From assembly GCA_003141835.1 (NCBI GenBank), contig PLNR01000011.1, forward strand, positions 14,049-78,048: a stretch of 64,000 bases of DNA. Direction: 5' to 3'. This DNA is from Candidatus Omnitrophota bacterium (GTDB lineage: Bacteria; Omnitrophota; Gorgyraeia; Pluralincolimonadales; Pluralincolimonadaceae). The notes under the pieces are model-generated. The model worked only from the letters and a program-made list of their open reading frames with translations, was not told the DNA's origin and made no database searches. Both the position numbers and the translations under genes were made by a program. Each line of letters opens with the position of its first letter. Position 1 is the stretch's first letter. This document shows, one piece after another, positions 17,766 to 27,818 of the stretch.

Positions 17766-19058
17766 TTATTTGCTACTTTGAAATTTGCCTTTATTCTCTT
17801 CCCACCATTTTTCCCAAGCTGCAGGATTTCCTTCTATATTAAACTCTTTCGTCAAATATTTCAGCGCACTTAATGCTGAATCTCGCATTTCACTATTTTT
17901 GTCGGAAAGCGCCTTAATAAGATACGGGACAGCGCGAGAATCATTTAAACTAACCATGGCTGAAGCACAATTCGCCCTTACCAGCATATCCGGATCGTTA
18001 TTAAAAGCGTATACTAGCTGCTCTAGTGCGCGCGGGTCTTTCGATGAACCTAAATTCGATGCCGCTCCGCCTCTAATCCTGTTATCTTCGTCATCTTTTA
18101 ATGTTAAAATAAGAGAATCTATAACTTTTGGATCTTTAAAATTCCTCAACGCAATTATTGCACCTTCTCTTACTCTCCAATCTTTATCACTTCTTAGAGA
18201 ATAGAGTAAGGGGTCTATCATAATTGGATCTTTAAAATTTCTTAACGTATTCACCGCTTGCTCGCGCACCTGATCATTTTGGTCCTTAAGCGCTGAAACA
18301 AAAGCTTCTACGGAAACCGGGTACTTTTTAAAAACGGCCAAGGAGGTGAGCGATTCCAGGCAAATATCGCGAACTCTTGCATTTGGGTCGGTCTTAGAAA
18401 GCGCTATCAAGGGTTCAATACCGCGCTTATCACTAATCTGCCCTAAAGCTCCTGCGGCAGACATTCGCACATGTTCATCACTATCCTTTAGCGCTTCTAA
18501 AAGCGGCTCGACCGTAGAAGGGTCGTCAAACTGAGCTAAAAGATTAGCGGCTTCTCTTCTTACATTTCCATCTTTATCATTTTGCAATATAAATATTATA
18601 GGTTGTACTGCGCGCTTATCCCTTAGCAGTGCTAAAGAGACCATTGCCCCTATTCTCACGTTTGCATAATCATCTTTCAACGTCAAGATAAGAGGCTCAA
18701 CAGCTTTCGGATCGTTGAAAAAACCTAGCGCCGATGCCGCAGCTTCCCTGACAAATTCATCATTATCCTTTAACGCAGCAATAAGGGCATCAACAGCTTT
18801 CGGATCATGAAGTAACACTAAAGAAGTTGGAATTTTAGATCTAACCTCGGCATCCGGATCTGTTTTTAAAATATGTATTAAGGGTACCACAGCCCTAATA
18901 TCGGCAGACTCAACTAAGGACTCGATAGCCTCAATACGAACTTCAGCATCAGTGGATTTTAATTTTTTCATTGCTCCCTGGAAATCACTCCCAGCAAAAC
19001 ATATGGAATTGATTGCCAGCATAATAAATATTAAAATTATAAACTTTTTTACTAACAT
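17766..19058 (-). CDS. secreted HEAT-repeat (PBS-lyase-type) protein, AT-rich gene
   Basis: The ATG at 19058 is preceded by AAGGAAG. The signal peptide is MLVKKFIILIFIMLAINSICFAG. It has about 12 repeats of the form DxxVRxxAxxALGxxxDxRAVxPLIxxLKD. GC is about 45% against about 58% in flanking genes. Confidence 0.7.
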   Translation of the reverse strand: MLVKKFIILIFIMLAINSICFAGSDFQGAMKKLKSTDAEVRIEAIESLVESADIRAVVPLIHILKTDPDAEVRSKIPTSLVLLHDPKAVDALIAALKDNDEFVREAAASALGFFNDPKAVEPLILTLKDDYANVRIGAMVSLALLRDKRAVQPIIFILQNDKDGNVRREAANLLAQFDDPSTVEPLLEALKDSDEHVRMSAAGALGQISDKRGIEPLIALSKTDPNARVRDICLESLTSLAVFKKYPVSVEAFVSALKDQNDQVREQAVNTLRNFKDPIMIDPLLYSLRSDKDWRVREGAIIALRNFKDPKVIDSLILTLKDDEDNRIRGGAASNLGSSKDPRALEQLVYAFNNDPDMLVRANCASAMVSLNDSRAVPYLIKALSDKNSEMRDSALSALKYLTKEFNIEGNPAAWEKWWEENKGKFQSSK

Positions 19059-19072
19059 TAGGAATATCTTCC

Positions 19073-19888
19073 TTATTTTAATATATATCCACCGCAAAAA
19101 ACCTTCTTTGCGCCGCCTTCGAGATATACATCGGTGAAATCATTACCCTTCTTCTTGAAATATATCTTAAGCCTTTCGCCGCCCTTCGTGAGGCAGGTGA
19201 CCGGGCTCTTGAAACCCTTAACGACCGCAGATATGATCGCGGAAGCCGTGACGCCGGTCCCGCAGGCAAGCGTCTCGTCCTCAACGCCACGCTCATAAGT
19301 GCGCACTTTTATGATATTTTTTCCCGCTTCTTCAACGAAATCCGCGTTCGTTCCCCTGGGCGCAAAAGCGCCGTGGTAACGCACCTCTTTGCCAACGGTC
19401 TTTACGTTTTGGCCCTCAAGATGGTCGACGAAGATGACCGCGTGAGGCACGCCGGTATTCACGAAATTCACGTTATACGTACCGTCGCTTAAGACGAGGT
19501 GTATATCCCGTCTCAGCCCGGCAGGGTCGGACATCTTCAGCTTGACTATCGAGCCCTTTACCCCGGCCTCGATTATGCCGGCGAGCGTCTCGAAAGTCAT
19601 GTTCTTTCCGGCTTTCATATTATTGGCAGCAAACAAAGCCACGCAGCGCGCGCCGTTGCCGCACATCTCGGCCTCGCTACCGTCGGAATTTATTATGCGC
19701 ATCCTGAAATCGGCCTTCTTAGAACGCTCGATAGAGAGAAGCCCGTCGCCGCCGACGCCGTAATTCCTGTCGCAGACCTCCCTGGCGAAGGCGCAAAGCT
19801 TCGCGGCGGGTATTGCCGCCTTTCGGTTATCAACGACGACAAAATCGTTGCCGCTGGCAACCATCTTTACGAATGCTATGTTTTTCAT
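19073..19888 (-). CDS. dapF: diaminopimelate epimerase DapF
   Basis: 271 aa. KMVASGNDFVVVD, and the two catalytic Cys contexts EMCGNGARC and LACGTGVTAS. Confidence 0.9.
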   Translation of the reverse strand: MKNIAFVKMVASGNDFVVVDNRKAAIPAAKLCAFAREVCDRNYGVGGDGLLSIERSKKADFRMRIINSDGSEAEMCGNGARCVALFAANNMKAGKNMTFETLAGIIEAGVKGSIVKLKMSDPAGLRRDIHLVLSDGTYNVNFVNTGVPHAVIFVDHLEGQNVKTVGKEVRYHGAFAPRGTNADFVEEAGKNIIKVRTYERGVEDETLACGTGVTASAIISAVVKGFKSPVTCLTKGGERLKIYFKKKGNDFTDVYLEGGAKKVFCGGYILK

Positions 19889-19901
19889 GGTTAAATTTGG
19901 C

Positions 19902-21161
19902 TCACTTGAGTTCTTTGGGGATATTCTCGCCTTTTACGAGGTCCTCGTATTTTTCCCTCTCGCGCACTACATAGAACCTTCCGCGGATCACCATCACTTC
20001 GGCTACGCGGGGACGCGAGTTGTAATTGCTGGACATGGTAAATCCGTAAGCGCCGGCTCCCATCACGGCTATCAATTCGCCGGGCTGGAACTCCGGCAGT
20101 TTCCTGTCCCTGGCCAGGATGTCCCCGCTCTCGCAGATCGGGCCTACGACGTCGGCAAGTATCTTCTTGCGCGCCGGCTTCCTTATCACGGGTATGATCT
20201 CGTGGTAGGCGTCATAGAGCGACGGGCGGATAAGGTCGTTCATCGCCGCGTCGGATATGATGAAATTCTTCGAGCGCGTCTTCTTTACATATGTCACTTT
20301 CGCGACAAGGATCCCGCTGTTGCCGGCGATGAACCTGCCCGGCTCAAGTATGAGGCGTACGTTCATCCTCTGCACAAGAGGTATCACGGCTTTCGCGAAA
20401 CGCGCGGCGGTCTGCGGCTTCTCTTTGTTATATATTATGCCGAGGCCTCCGCCGATATTAAGCCAGTCGACCCTCCCGCCTTTCCTCCTTATATTGCCGA
20501 TCAACGTGCCGGTCTTGTTTATCGCCTTGCGGAACGGTTCTGCTTCCGTGATCTGGGAACCGATATGGATATGTATCCCGCGCAGCCGCACGTTCTGGTA
20601 TTTTGAGGCGACGAGGAACGTCTCTTCGACTGTCGTGAAATCGAGGCCGAACTTATTCTCTGCCTTCCCTGTCGTTATGAACTTGTGCGTATGCGGGTCG
20701 ATATCAGGGTTGGCGCGCAGGGCGCAATCCACCGTCCTGCCGAGCTTCTTGGCGGTCTTGTTTATCTGCGCCAATTCAGGCAAGGATTCGACATTAAAAA
20801 ATAATATCCCCGCCCTTATCGCGTTCTCTATCTCGCGTTCGGTCTTTCCGACGCTCGCATATACGATCTTCTTCGATTCGCACCCGACTTTCAGCGCTTT
20901 GTACAGCTCGCCGCCGGATACGACATCAAGGCCCGCTCCGGCCTTTACGAGCGCCATGACTACGGCAAGGTTCGAGTTCGCCTTCATCGAAAAACAGATA
21001 AGCGGGTTGATGTCCGCGAAAGCGTCGCGCAGCTTCCTGTAATGGTCTATGAGCGTCTTATGGCTGTAGAGGTAAAAAGGCGTCCCCACTGCCGCCGCTA
21101 TGCCGCCAATACCTACTTCCTCGCAGAAGAGCTCATCGCCCTTATATTTGAATTCGTGCAT
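19902..21161 (-). CDS. lysA: diaminopimelate decarboxylase LysA
   Basis: 419 aa. It has the PLP Lys region FSMKAN, HIGSQ, GGGLGI and EPGRFIAGN. Confidence 0.9.
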   Translation of the reverse strand: MHEFKYKGDELFCEEVGIGGIAAAVGTPFYLYSHKTLIDHYRKLRDAFADINPLICFSMKANSNLAVVMALVKAGAGLDVVSGGELYKALKVGCESKKIVYASVGKTEREIENAIRAGILFFNVESLPELAQINKTAKKLGRTVDCALRANPDIDPHTHKFITTGKAENKFGLDFTTVEETFLVASKYQNVRLRGIHIHIGSQITEAEPFRKAINKTGTLIGNIRRKGGRVDWLNIGGGLGIIYNKEKPQTAARFAKAVIPLVQRMNVRLILEPGRFIAGNSGILVAKVTYVKKTRSKNFIISDAAMNDLIRPSLYDAYHEIIPVIRKPARKKILADVVGPICESGDILARDRKLPEFQPGELIAVMGAGAYGFTMSSNYNSRPRVAEVMVIRGRFYVVREREKYEDLVKGENIPKELK

Positions 21162-22480
21162 TATTTTCCTTTTTTCCTTGATGAGACCGAAACCTTCGGA
21201 TCCAGTAATTTGAACACGTCCTTCCCGAACTTCTCCGAAAACTTCTTAAGTTCTTTAAGGGTGAGACCCGATATCCTCTCCTTCTTCTCGAGGGTAGCCG
21301 TCACTAATCTCCCGATCACCGAATGCGCGTTCCTCGAGTCCAGCCCCTTCGCGACCAGGTATTCGGCCAGGTCTGTCGAGTAGAGAGACTCATCCAAAAG
21401 CGCCCTGCCGATATTCTCCTTATTTATTTTCACGCCTTTCACCAGCTTGGCGAATATCGACAACACCTTCGAAACATTCTCGACCGAATCGAAGAGCGGT
21501 TGCTTGTCCCACTGCATATCCCTGTTGTATGTGAGCGGTAACCCCTTCATCATAGTAAGCACGGAGAAAAGGTTGCCATATATCCTGCCTGACATGCCCC
21601 TTGCCAGTTCGAGGAAATCCGGGTTGACCTTCTGCGGCATAATGCTCGAGCCGGTGCAAAACTGCTGGTCTATCTCTACGAACCCGAACTCAGGCGTCGC
21701 CCAGAGAATAAGGTCAGATGCTAGCCTCGAGAGGTGCATCGATATCAACGATGCGGCCTCGAGAAGTTCGACGACAAAATCCCTGTCCGATACGGCATCC
21801 ATTGTGTTTTCGCATAGCGCGGCAAAACCGAGCTCCTTTGCCACATATTTCCTGTCGATCTTAAGTGATGTCCCGGCCAGCGCGCACGCGCCCAGCGGCA
21901 TGAAATCCGCCGCGTGATATGCATAATGGAGCTTTCTCTTGTCCCTGGCGAGCATCCAGACATACGCCTCTATATGGTCGGACAAAAGCACCGGCTGCGC
22001 GTGCTGCGTATGCGTCAGGCCCGGCACTATCACATCCTTGTTCCTCTTCGCGAAAGCGAGCAAAGATTCCTGCAATGCCGTGACCAGGCCGTACATGGCC
22101 TGCGCCTTATCCTTGCAATACATCCTCGTATCAAGAGCGACCTGGTCGTTCCTCGACCGCGCGGTATGGAGCTTGAGCGCGGGTTTGCCTATCTTCTTCC
22201 CGAGGGAGTTCTGGATATTCGTATGGATATCCTCGGCCGTAAAGCCGTATACGAACTTGCCCTCATCGATCTCTTTCGATATCGCGGCAAGCCCCTTGAC
22301 TATCGCGGCGGCATCCTTCTTCGGGATTATCCCGCATTTCCCGAGCATCTTCGCGTGGGCTATAGAGCCGAGGACGTCGTATTCGGCCAGCCTGTAGTCG
22401 AAATACATGCTGCACGAAAAATCCTCGAACTCAGGGTCCTGCGTCTTCTTGAACCTTCCGCCCCAAAGTTTATTCTTCAT
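21161..22480 (-). CDS. argH: argininosuccinate lyase ArgH
   Basis: 439 aa. LWGGRF, TARSRNDQV and the GSSIMPQKVNPD fumarate-lyase signature. Confidence 0.92.
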   Translation of the reverse strand: MKNKLWGGRFKKTQDPEFEDFSCSMYFDYRLAEYDVLGSIAHAKMLGKCGIIPKKDAAAIVKGLAAISKEIDEGKFVYGFTAEDIHTNIQNSLGKKIGKPALKLHTARSRNDQVALDTRMYCKDKAQAMYGLVTALQESLLAFAKRNKDVIVPGLTHTQHAQPVLLSDHIEAYVWMLARDKRKLHYAYHAADFMPLGACALAGTSLKIDRKYVAKELGFAALCENTMDAVSDRDFVVELLEAASLISMHLSRLASDLILWATPEFGFVEIDQQFCTGSSIMPQKVNPDFLELARGMSGRIYGNLFSVLTMMKGLPLTYNRDMQWDKQPLFDSVENVSKVLSIFAKLVKGVKINKENIGRALLDESLYSTDLAEYLVAKGLDSRNAHSVIGRLVTATLEKKERISGLTLKELKKFSEKFGKDVFKLLDPKVSVSSRKKGK

Positions 22481-23670
22481 TTTTTCGACCCCTTGTGCGA
22501 TCCTTTATAAGGCAATCCCCATATCTGGACGAAACCCTTCGCCAGCGACTGGTCGAATACGTCACCCTTCTCGTAGGTAGCCAATTCCTTCTTATAAAGG
22601 GAATCCGGCGACTTCCTGCCTACAACGATGCAATGGCCTTTATGCAGTTTCACTTTCACAGTGCCGTTGACAGACTTCTGCGTCTCGTCGACGAATTTAT
22701 CGAGCGCTTCCTTAAGCGGCGTATACCAGAGCCCGAAGTAGGTGAGCTCCGCGTATTTTAGCGCGACCGCTTCCTTGAAATGAAACGTCTCCCTGTCGAG
22801 GACGAGGCTCTCGAGCGCCTTATGGGCGTTAAAAAGCGTCCACGCGGCCGGCGCCTCGTATATCTCCCTGGACTTTATGCCGACGAGCCTGTTCTCGATC
22901 ATGTCGCTCCTGCCTACGCCGGCGTCGCCGGCCATCTTCGACAGTTTCAATATCAGGCTTACGCCGTCCATGGCCTTGCCGTTAAGTTTTACCGGCACAC
23001 CGTCCTTGAACTCTATCTCCGCGTAGACAGGCTCCGCCGCAGCCTTATCTACTCCCTTTGTAAGTTGATATATATCTTCGTCAGGCGCGTAATAAGGATC
23101 TTCCAGCTTCCCACTTTCAATCGATATTCCCCATAGATTAAGATCAATCGAGTACGGCTTTTTCTTGGTCGTATCAATGGGAATATTATTCTTCTTTGCA
23201 TATTCTATCTCTTCGGCCCTTGTCTTTAACTCCCACTCCCTGACAGGCGCCAGTATTTTTAAGTTCGGATCAAGCGACCCGATCGTGACTTCAAACCTTA
23301 CCTGGTCGTTACCTTTACCGGTGCAGCCGTGCGCAACGTAAGCGGCCTTCTCTTTATGGGCCGTCTCTACCAGCCCTTTGGCGATTATCGGCCTTGATAG
23401 CGCCGTCGCCAGCAGGTATCCGCCTTCGTATACCGCCCCGGCTTTGAGCGACTTGAATACGAAGTCCTTCACGAATTCCTTCTTCAGGTCTTCGACGACG
23501 ACTTTCACCGCGCCGGTAGCCAATGCCCTCTTCTTATAGACCTCGAAGTCAGACTCCTGCCCCACGTCGGCCATATAAGCGATGACGTCATAGCCCTTCT
23601 TCGCCAGCCACTTTATTATGACCGAGGTATCGAGTCCGCCGGAATATGCGAGCACAACTTTCTTATTCAT
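22477..23670 (-). CDS. argG: argininosuccinate synthase ArgG
   Basis: 397 aa. VLAYSGGLDTSV PP-loop and GCTGKGNDQVRFE. Confidence 0.92.
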   Translation of the reverse strand: MNKKVVLAYSGGLDTSVIIKWLAKKGYDVIAYMADVGQESDFEVYKKRALATGAVKVVVEDLKKEFVKDFVFKSLKAGAVYEGGYLLATALSRPIIAKGLVETAHKEKAAYVAHGCTGKGNDQVRFEVTIGSLDPNLKILAPVREWELKTRAEEIEYAKKNNIPIDTTKKKPYSIDLNLWGISIESGKLEDPYYAPDEDIYQLTKGVDKAAAEPVYAEIEFKDGVPVKLNGKAMDGVSLILKLSKMAGDAGVGRSDMIENRLVGIKSREIYEAPAAWTLFNAHKALESLVLDRETFHFKEAVALKYAELTYFGLWYTPLKEALDKFVDETQKSVNGTVKVKLHKGHCIVVGRKSPDSLYKKELATYEKGDVFDQSLAKGFVQIWGLPYKGSHKGSKK

Positions 23671-23677
23671 CTCATCC

Positions 23678-24598
23678 TCACTTTAAAAGCAGCATTAATA
23701 TAGCTTTCTCGACATGCAGTCTATTCTCCGCCTGATCAAATACAACCGAATGCGGGCTCTCAAGAGACTCATCAGAGATCTCCTCGCCCCTGTGCGCGGG
23801 CAGGCAGTGCATAATGATATAATCTTTTTTAGCATTCGAGCAAAGCTTCTCATTTATCTGGAAACCTTTAAAGTCCTTTAATCTCTTATTTCTTTCTTTC
23901 TCCTGGCCCATGCTTGTCCATACATCGGTATAGATCACGTCCGCCCCTTCGACCGCCTTCTGGGGATCGGCCGTAAGCCATACTTTGGTGCCGGTGACGG
24001 ATGCGAAATCCGATGAGATCTTTACGACCTCTTTTTCCGGCTCGTAACCTTTAGGCGTGGCAACGGCGATATCCGCACCTACCCTGGCCGCGGTCATAAG
24101 CAGCGAATTGCAGACGTTATTGCCGTCGCCCACGTACGCTATCTTGAGGCCCTTTACCTTGCCCTTCTTCTCTTTGACCGTAAAAAGGTCGGCGAGCGCC
24201 TGGCACGGGTGCGAGAAATCCGATAGCCCGTTTATGACCGGGACCGCCGAATATTCCGCCAGTTCGACTATGTCGCCGTGCTTGAATGTCCTGGCCACTA
24301 TCCCGTCAAGATATCTTGAAAGTGTCCTGGCCACGTCCTTTATCTCTTCCCTTTCGCCGAGTTTCACTTCATCGGGCGCGAGGAATATAGCCGTGCCGCC
24401 TAACTGCGCCATCGCGGCCGCAAAAGATACCTTCGTCCTTAAAGAGGGCTTCTGGAATATCAACCCCAGGGTCTTCCCCTTCAACGGCTCGTCTTTAGAT
24501 ATCTTTCCATCGCCCTTTAACTTAGCAGCAAGGGCGAATATCTCCTCGATATCCGAGATCGAAAGGTCTTTTATCGTTATCAGGTCTTTAACCTTCAA
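23678..24598 (-). CDS. argF: ornithine carbamoyltransferase ArgF
   Basis: 306 aa. STRTK-like SLRTKVSF, HPCQALADL and the HCLPA motif. Confidence 0.9.
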   Translation of the reverse strand: MKVKDLITIKDLSISDIEEIFALAAKLKGDGKISKDEPLKGKTLGLIFQKPSLRTKVSFAAAMAQLGGTAIFLAPDEVKLGEREEIKDVARTLSRYLDGIVARTFKHGDIVELAEYSAVPVINGLSDFSHPCQALADLFTVKEKKGKVKGLKIAYVGDGNNVCNSLLMTAARVGADIAVATPKGYEPEKEVVKISSDFASVTGTKVWLTADPQKAVEGADVIYTDVWTSMGQEKERNKRLKDFKGFQINEKLCSNAKKDYIIMHCLPAHRGEEISDESLESPHSVVFDQAENRLHVEKAILMLLLK

Positions 24599-25784
24599 CT
24601 GTTACTCCCTTCATGACTTCCTGCAGTATCGCGACAGCCGCGTCTATATCCGCGTTCTTAACCACCAGCGGCGGCATTATCCTCAACACCTTCTTCTGCG
24701 TGCAATTTATTAGGAGGCCTTTCTCGACGCATTTGTCTATTATTTGCTTTCCATCTATCTCAAGCTCGACCGCCTGCATCAGGCCCTTGCCCCTTACTAA
24801 CTTTACAAACGGGAAATCCTTCTTCAAAAGCGACAGCCTGTTATGCAAATACCTGCCCCGCCTGACAGCTTTTTCGACGAGGTTACCCTCCTCTATCGCA
24901 TCGAATACGGCTAGCGCGGCCGCGCACGCCAACGGGCTGCCTCCGAATGTCGAGGCGTGAGTCCCGGGCTGCAGGACATTGGCGATCTCCTTCTTTGCGA
25001 CGAGTGCGCCTATCGGGAACCCGCCGCCGAGCGACTTGGCCAGCGTCATGATATCAGGCACAACGTCGTAATGCTGGTAGCAGAACATCTTCCCTGTCCT
25101 GGCTATCCCGGTCTGGACCTCATCGAATATGAGGAGTATGTTCTTCTCGCCGCATATTTTCTTCAATCCGGCGATGAATTCCTCTGACGCGACGTTTATC
25201 CCGCCTTCGCCCTGTATCGGCTCGAGCATTATCGCGGCGGTCTTGTCGGTTATCTTCGACTTGACCGATTCCAGGTCGTTGAACTTAGCGTATACGAAAC
25301 CGCCCGGGAGCGGAGCGAAACCTTCCTGGTATTTCGGCTGAGCCGTCGCCGTTATCGCGGCCAGCGTCCTGCCGTGGAAAGAATCTTCCATCGTTATTAT
25401 CTCATATTTCCCCGACGGATACCCTACTTTTCTCGCCAGTTTGATGGCGGCTTCCACCGCCTCCGCGCCGCTGTTGCAGAAGAAGACTTTTCCGGGAAAT
25501 GAATTTTCAATTATTTTCTTCGCCAGTTTCCCCTGCAGTTCGTTGTAATAATTGTTCGGCACATGGATCATCTTCCCCACCTGCTCTTTTATTGCCTTTA
25601 CCACCTTCGGGTGGCAGTGGCCGAGCCCTGACACGGCCCATCCCGGGAAGAAATCCAGGAATTCCCTGCCCTCTATGTCATACGCTTTTATGCCTTTGCC
25701 TTTTACCATACAAAGGGGCTGTTTCGTGTAAGTCGGCATCACGTATTCGTAATACAGCTGCATAACTTCTTCTGTCTGCGTCAT
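24588..25784 (-). CDS. argD: acetylornithine aminotransferase ArgD
   Basis: 398 aa, class-III aminotransferase. Motifs are LIFDEVQTGIARTGKMF and TLAKSLGGG. Confidence 0.9.
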   Translation of the reverse strand: MTQTEEVMQLYYEYVMPTYTKQPLCMVKGKGIKAYDIEGREFLDFFPGWAVSGLGHCHPKVVKAIKEQVGKMIHVPNNYYNELQGKLAKKIIENSFPGKVFFCNSGAEAVEAAIKLARKVGYPSGKYEIITMEDSFHGRTLAAITATAQPKYQEGFAPLPGGFVYAKFNDLESVKSKITDKTAAIMLEPIQGEGGINVASEEFIAGLKKICGEKNILLIFDEVQTGIARTGKMFCYQHYDVVPDIMTLAKSLGGGFPIGALVAKKEIANVLQPGTHASTFGGSPLACAAALAVFDAIEEGNLVEKAVRRGRYLHNRLSLLKKDFPFVKLVRGKGLMQAVELEIDGKQIIDKCVEKGLLINCTQKKVLRIMPPLVVKNADIDAAVAILQEVMKGVTVEG

Positions 25785-26638
25785 TTTATTATCTCCGTTC
25801 CTATTCCTTTATCGGTGAATACCTCAAGTAATATCGCGTGGCTCAGCCTTCCGTCGATAATATGCGTCTTGTTCACGCCCTTCTTCAGCGCGTCGACGAC
25901 GGCCTTGACCTTCGGGATCATCCCGCCCCGTATTACTCCCCTCTCTATAAGCTCCTCAGCTTCTTTTTTCTTTAGTGTCGGGATAAGCGTCGCCTCGTCA
26001 GACTCGTCCCGCAATATCCCGTTGGTATCGGTTATAAGGACGAACTTTTCCGCCTTGAGCGCCGCGGCTATGTCGCAGGCAGCGAGGTCGGCGTTGATGT
26101 TATAGGCCTTCCCGTCTTTCCCCAAAGCTACCGGGGTTATTACGGGTATCGCCCCGTCCTTGAGCGCATCCTTTATGGGTTTGGTATTAATCGATACGAT
26201 CTTTCCCAGGAAACCCATATACTTGCCCTTGTGTTTTAAAGTCACGGCTTTGATTATCTTGTCCTTCTTGCCTGAGAGGGCCTTGACCTTGCCGCCCAGC
26301 TCCTCTATATGTTTGGCTATCTCCTTGTTCGTCGCCTCGAGCGTATCGTCTACGATCTTCATCGTCTTCGCGTCGGTCACCCTGAACCCGTCCACGAATT
26401 TCGCGACGATGCCGGCTTCCTTCATCTTCTCTGTTATCCTCGGCCCGCCGCCGTGTATGATGACCGGCTTTATCCCGACCAGGCTCATGAAGATTATGTC
26501 CTGGAAGATGCCGGAGATCACTTCCCTGTTCTCCATCATGCTTCCGCCGGCTTTTATGACGACTGTCTTGCCCCTGAACTTCTTTATATAAGGCAGCGCC
26601 TCAATGAGGACGTCGGCCTTTTTAATTATATCTTGCAT
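25781..26638 (-). CDS. argB: acetylglutamate kinase ArgB
   Basis: 285 aa. VIKAGGSMM and IIHGGGP amino-acid-kinase motifs. Confidence 0.9.
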   Translation of the reverse strand: MQDIIKKADVLIEALPYIKKFRGKTVVIKAGGSMMENREVISGIFQDIIFMSLVGIKPVIIHGGGPRITEKMKEAGIVAKFVDGFRVTDAKTMKIVDDTLEATNKEIAKHIEELGGKVKALSGKKDKIIKAVTLKHKGKYMGFLGKIVSINTKPIKDALKDGAIPVITPVALGKDGKAYNINADLAACDIAAALKAEKFVLITDTNGILRDESDEATLIPTLKKKEAEELIERGVIRGGMIPKVKAVVDALKKGVNKTHIIDGRLSHAILLEVFTDKGIGTEIIK

Positions 26639-27818
26639 TTATTTTAATGTACCCTTCCGTAAGGTCGCATGTCCACGCGGTTGCCGAATACTTTCCTGAC
26701 TTCAGGTTGACTGTTATCACCACTTTCTTCTTCTTAAGCGACTTCTGCGCCTTCGGTCTCAGACCGAAATTGGCGTTGCCGCCGCTGACTATCTTTATGC
26801 CGTTCAGGTAAATATCCAGTTTAGATTCGTCGATCTTTACTCCGGAAGCCCCGGCCGACGAAGCGATCCTCCCGGTGTTCGGGTCCTCACCGGCGATAGC
26901 CGTCTTGACCAGGCTCGAATTAGTGATCTCCATCGCCATCTTCTTCGCGTCGGCCTTGCTCTTCGCTCCCTTGACCTGTACCTCTATAAATTTGCTCGCG
27001 CCTTCTCCGTCTCTGGCTATCTCTTTTGCCAGGTAGACCACGACGTATTTTAGCGCCGAGCAGAATACTTTATAGCCGGTGCTCCCGCTCTTTATCTTAG
27101 CGTTAGCGGCCAGGCCGTTTGCCATTATAAAAACAGTATCATTAGTGCTCATGTCGCCGTCCACAGTCACCATATTCAATGAATCTTCGACTGAGTCTTT
27201 CAAAGAACTTTTTAACGCTTTAACGTCTATATCCGCATCTGTCGTGATGAAACAGAGCAAAGTGGCCATATTCGGGCTTATCATTCCCGAGCCTTTTGCT
27301 ATCCCGCCGATCTTGACGGTCTTGCCGCCGATCTTTACCGCAACCGCCATCCTCTTCGGGACCAGGTCGGTAGTCATTATCGCCTTGGCCGCCGTAAGCT
27401 CCCCTGCTTTACTTAGGCCTTTTACCAGAGCAGGGGCAGCCGCTTCGATCTTCTCTACCGGCAGCGGCTTTCCGATTATACCGGTCGACGCGACGAGAAC
27501 ATCCTGCGCATCTATCCAGGCATTCGCCGAAACAGCATCAGCCATCCGGACCGCCCATTTCATCCCATTCTTCCCGTTAAGGCAGTTGGCGTTGCCGCTA
27601 TTCGCTATTATTGCCTGAGCCCAGCCATCCTTTAAATTCCCGGCGGAAAGTAACACCGGCGCGGCTTTGACCGTATTCTTCGTGAATACTGCCGCCGCAT
27701 GGGCAGGCACACTCGAATAGATCAGGCACAGGTCGAGGCCCTTCTTTTTTATACCGCTTTTAATGCCAGAGGCAAGGAACCCCTCCGGTGCGGTAACGGA
27801 TCCCTTTATCGTTTTCAT
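26622..27818 (-). CDS. argJ: bifunctional glutamate N-acetyltransferase / amino-acid acetyltransferase ArgJ
   Basis: The internal ATG at 27818 (MKTIKGSVTAPEGF) overlaps the argC stop as TAATG. The self-cleavage site context is MATLLCFITTDA. The track start at 27896 is an extension. Confidence 0.85.
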   Translation of the reverse strand: MKTIKGSVTAPEGFLASGIKSGIKKKGLDLCLIYSSVPAHAAAVFTKNTVKAAPVLLSAGNLKDGWAQAIIANSGNANCLNGKNGMKWAVRMADAVSANAWIDAQDVLVASTGIIGKPLPVEKIEAAAPALVKGLSKAGELTAAKAIMTTDLVPKRMAVAVKIGGKTVKIGGIAKGSGMISPNMATLLCFITTDADIDVKALKSSLKDSVEDSLNMVTVDGDMSTNDTVFIMANGLAANAKIKSGSTGYKVFCSALKYVVVYLAKEIARDGEGASKFIEVQVKGAKSKADAKKMAMEITNSSLVKTAIAGEDPNTGRIASSAGASGVKIDESKLDIYLNGIKIVSGGNANFGLRPKAQKSLKKKKVVITVNLKSGKYSATAWTCDLTEGYIKINARYN

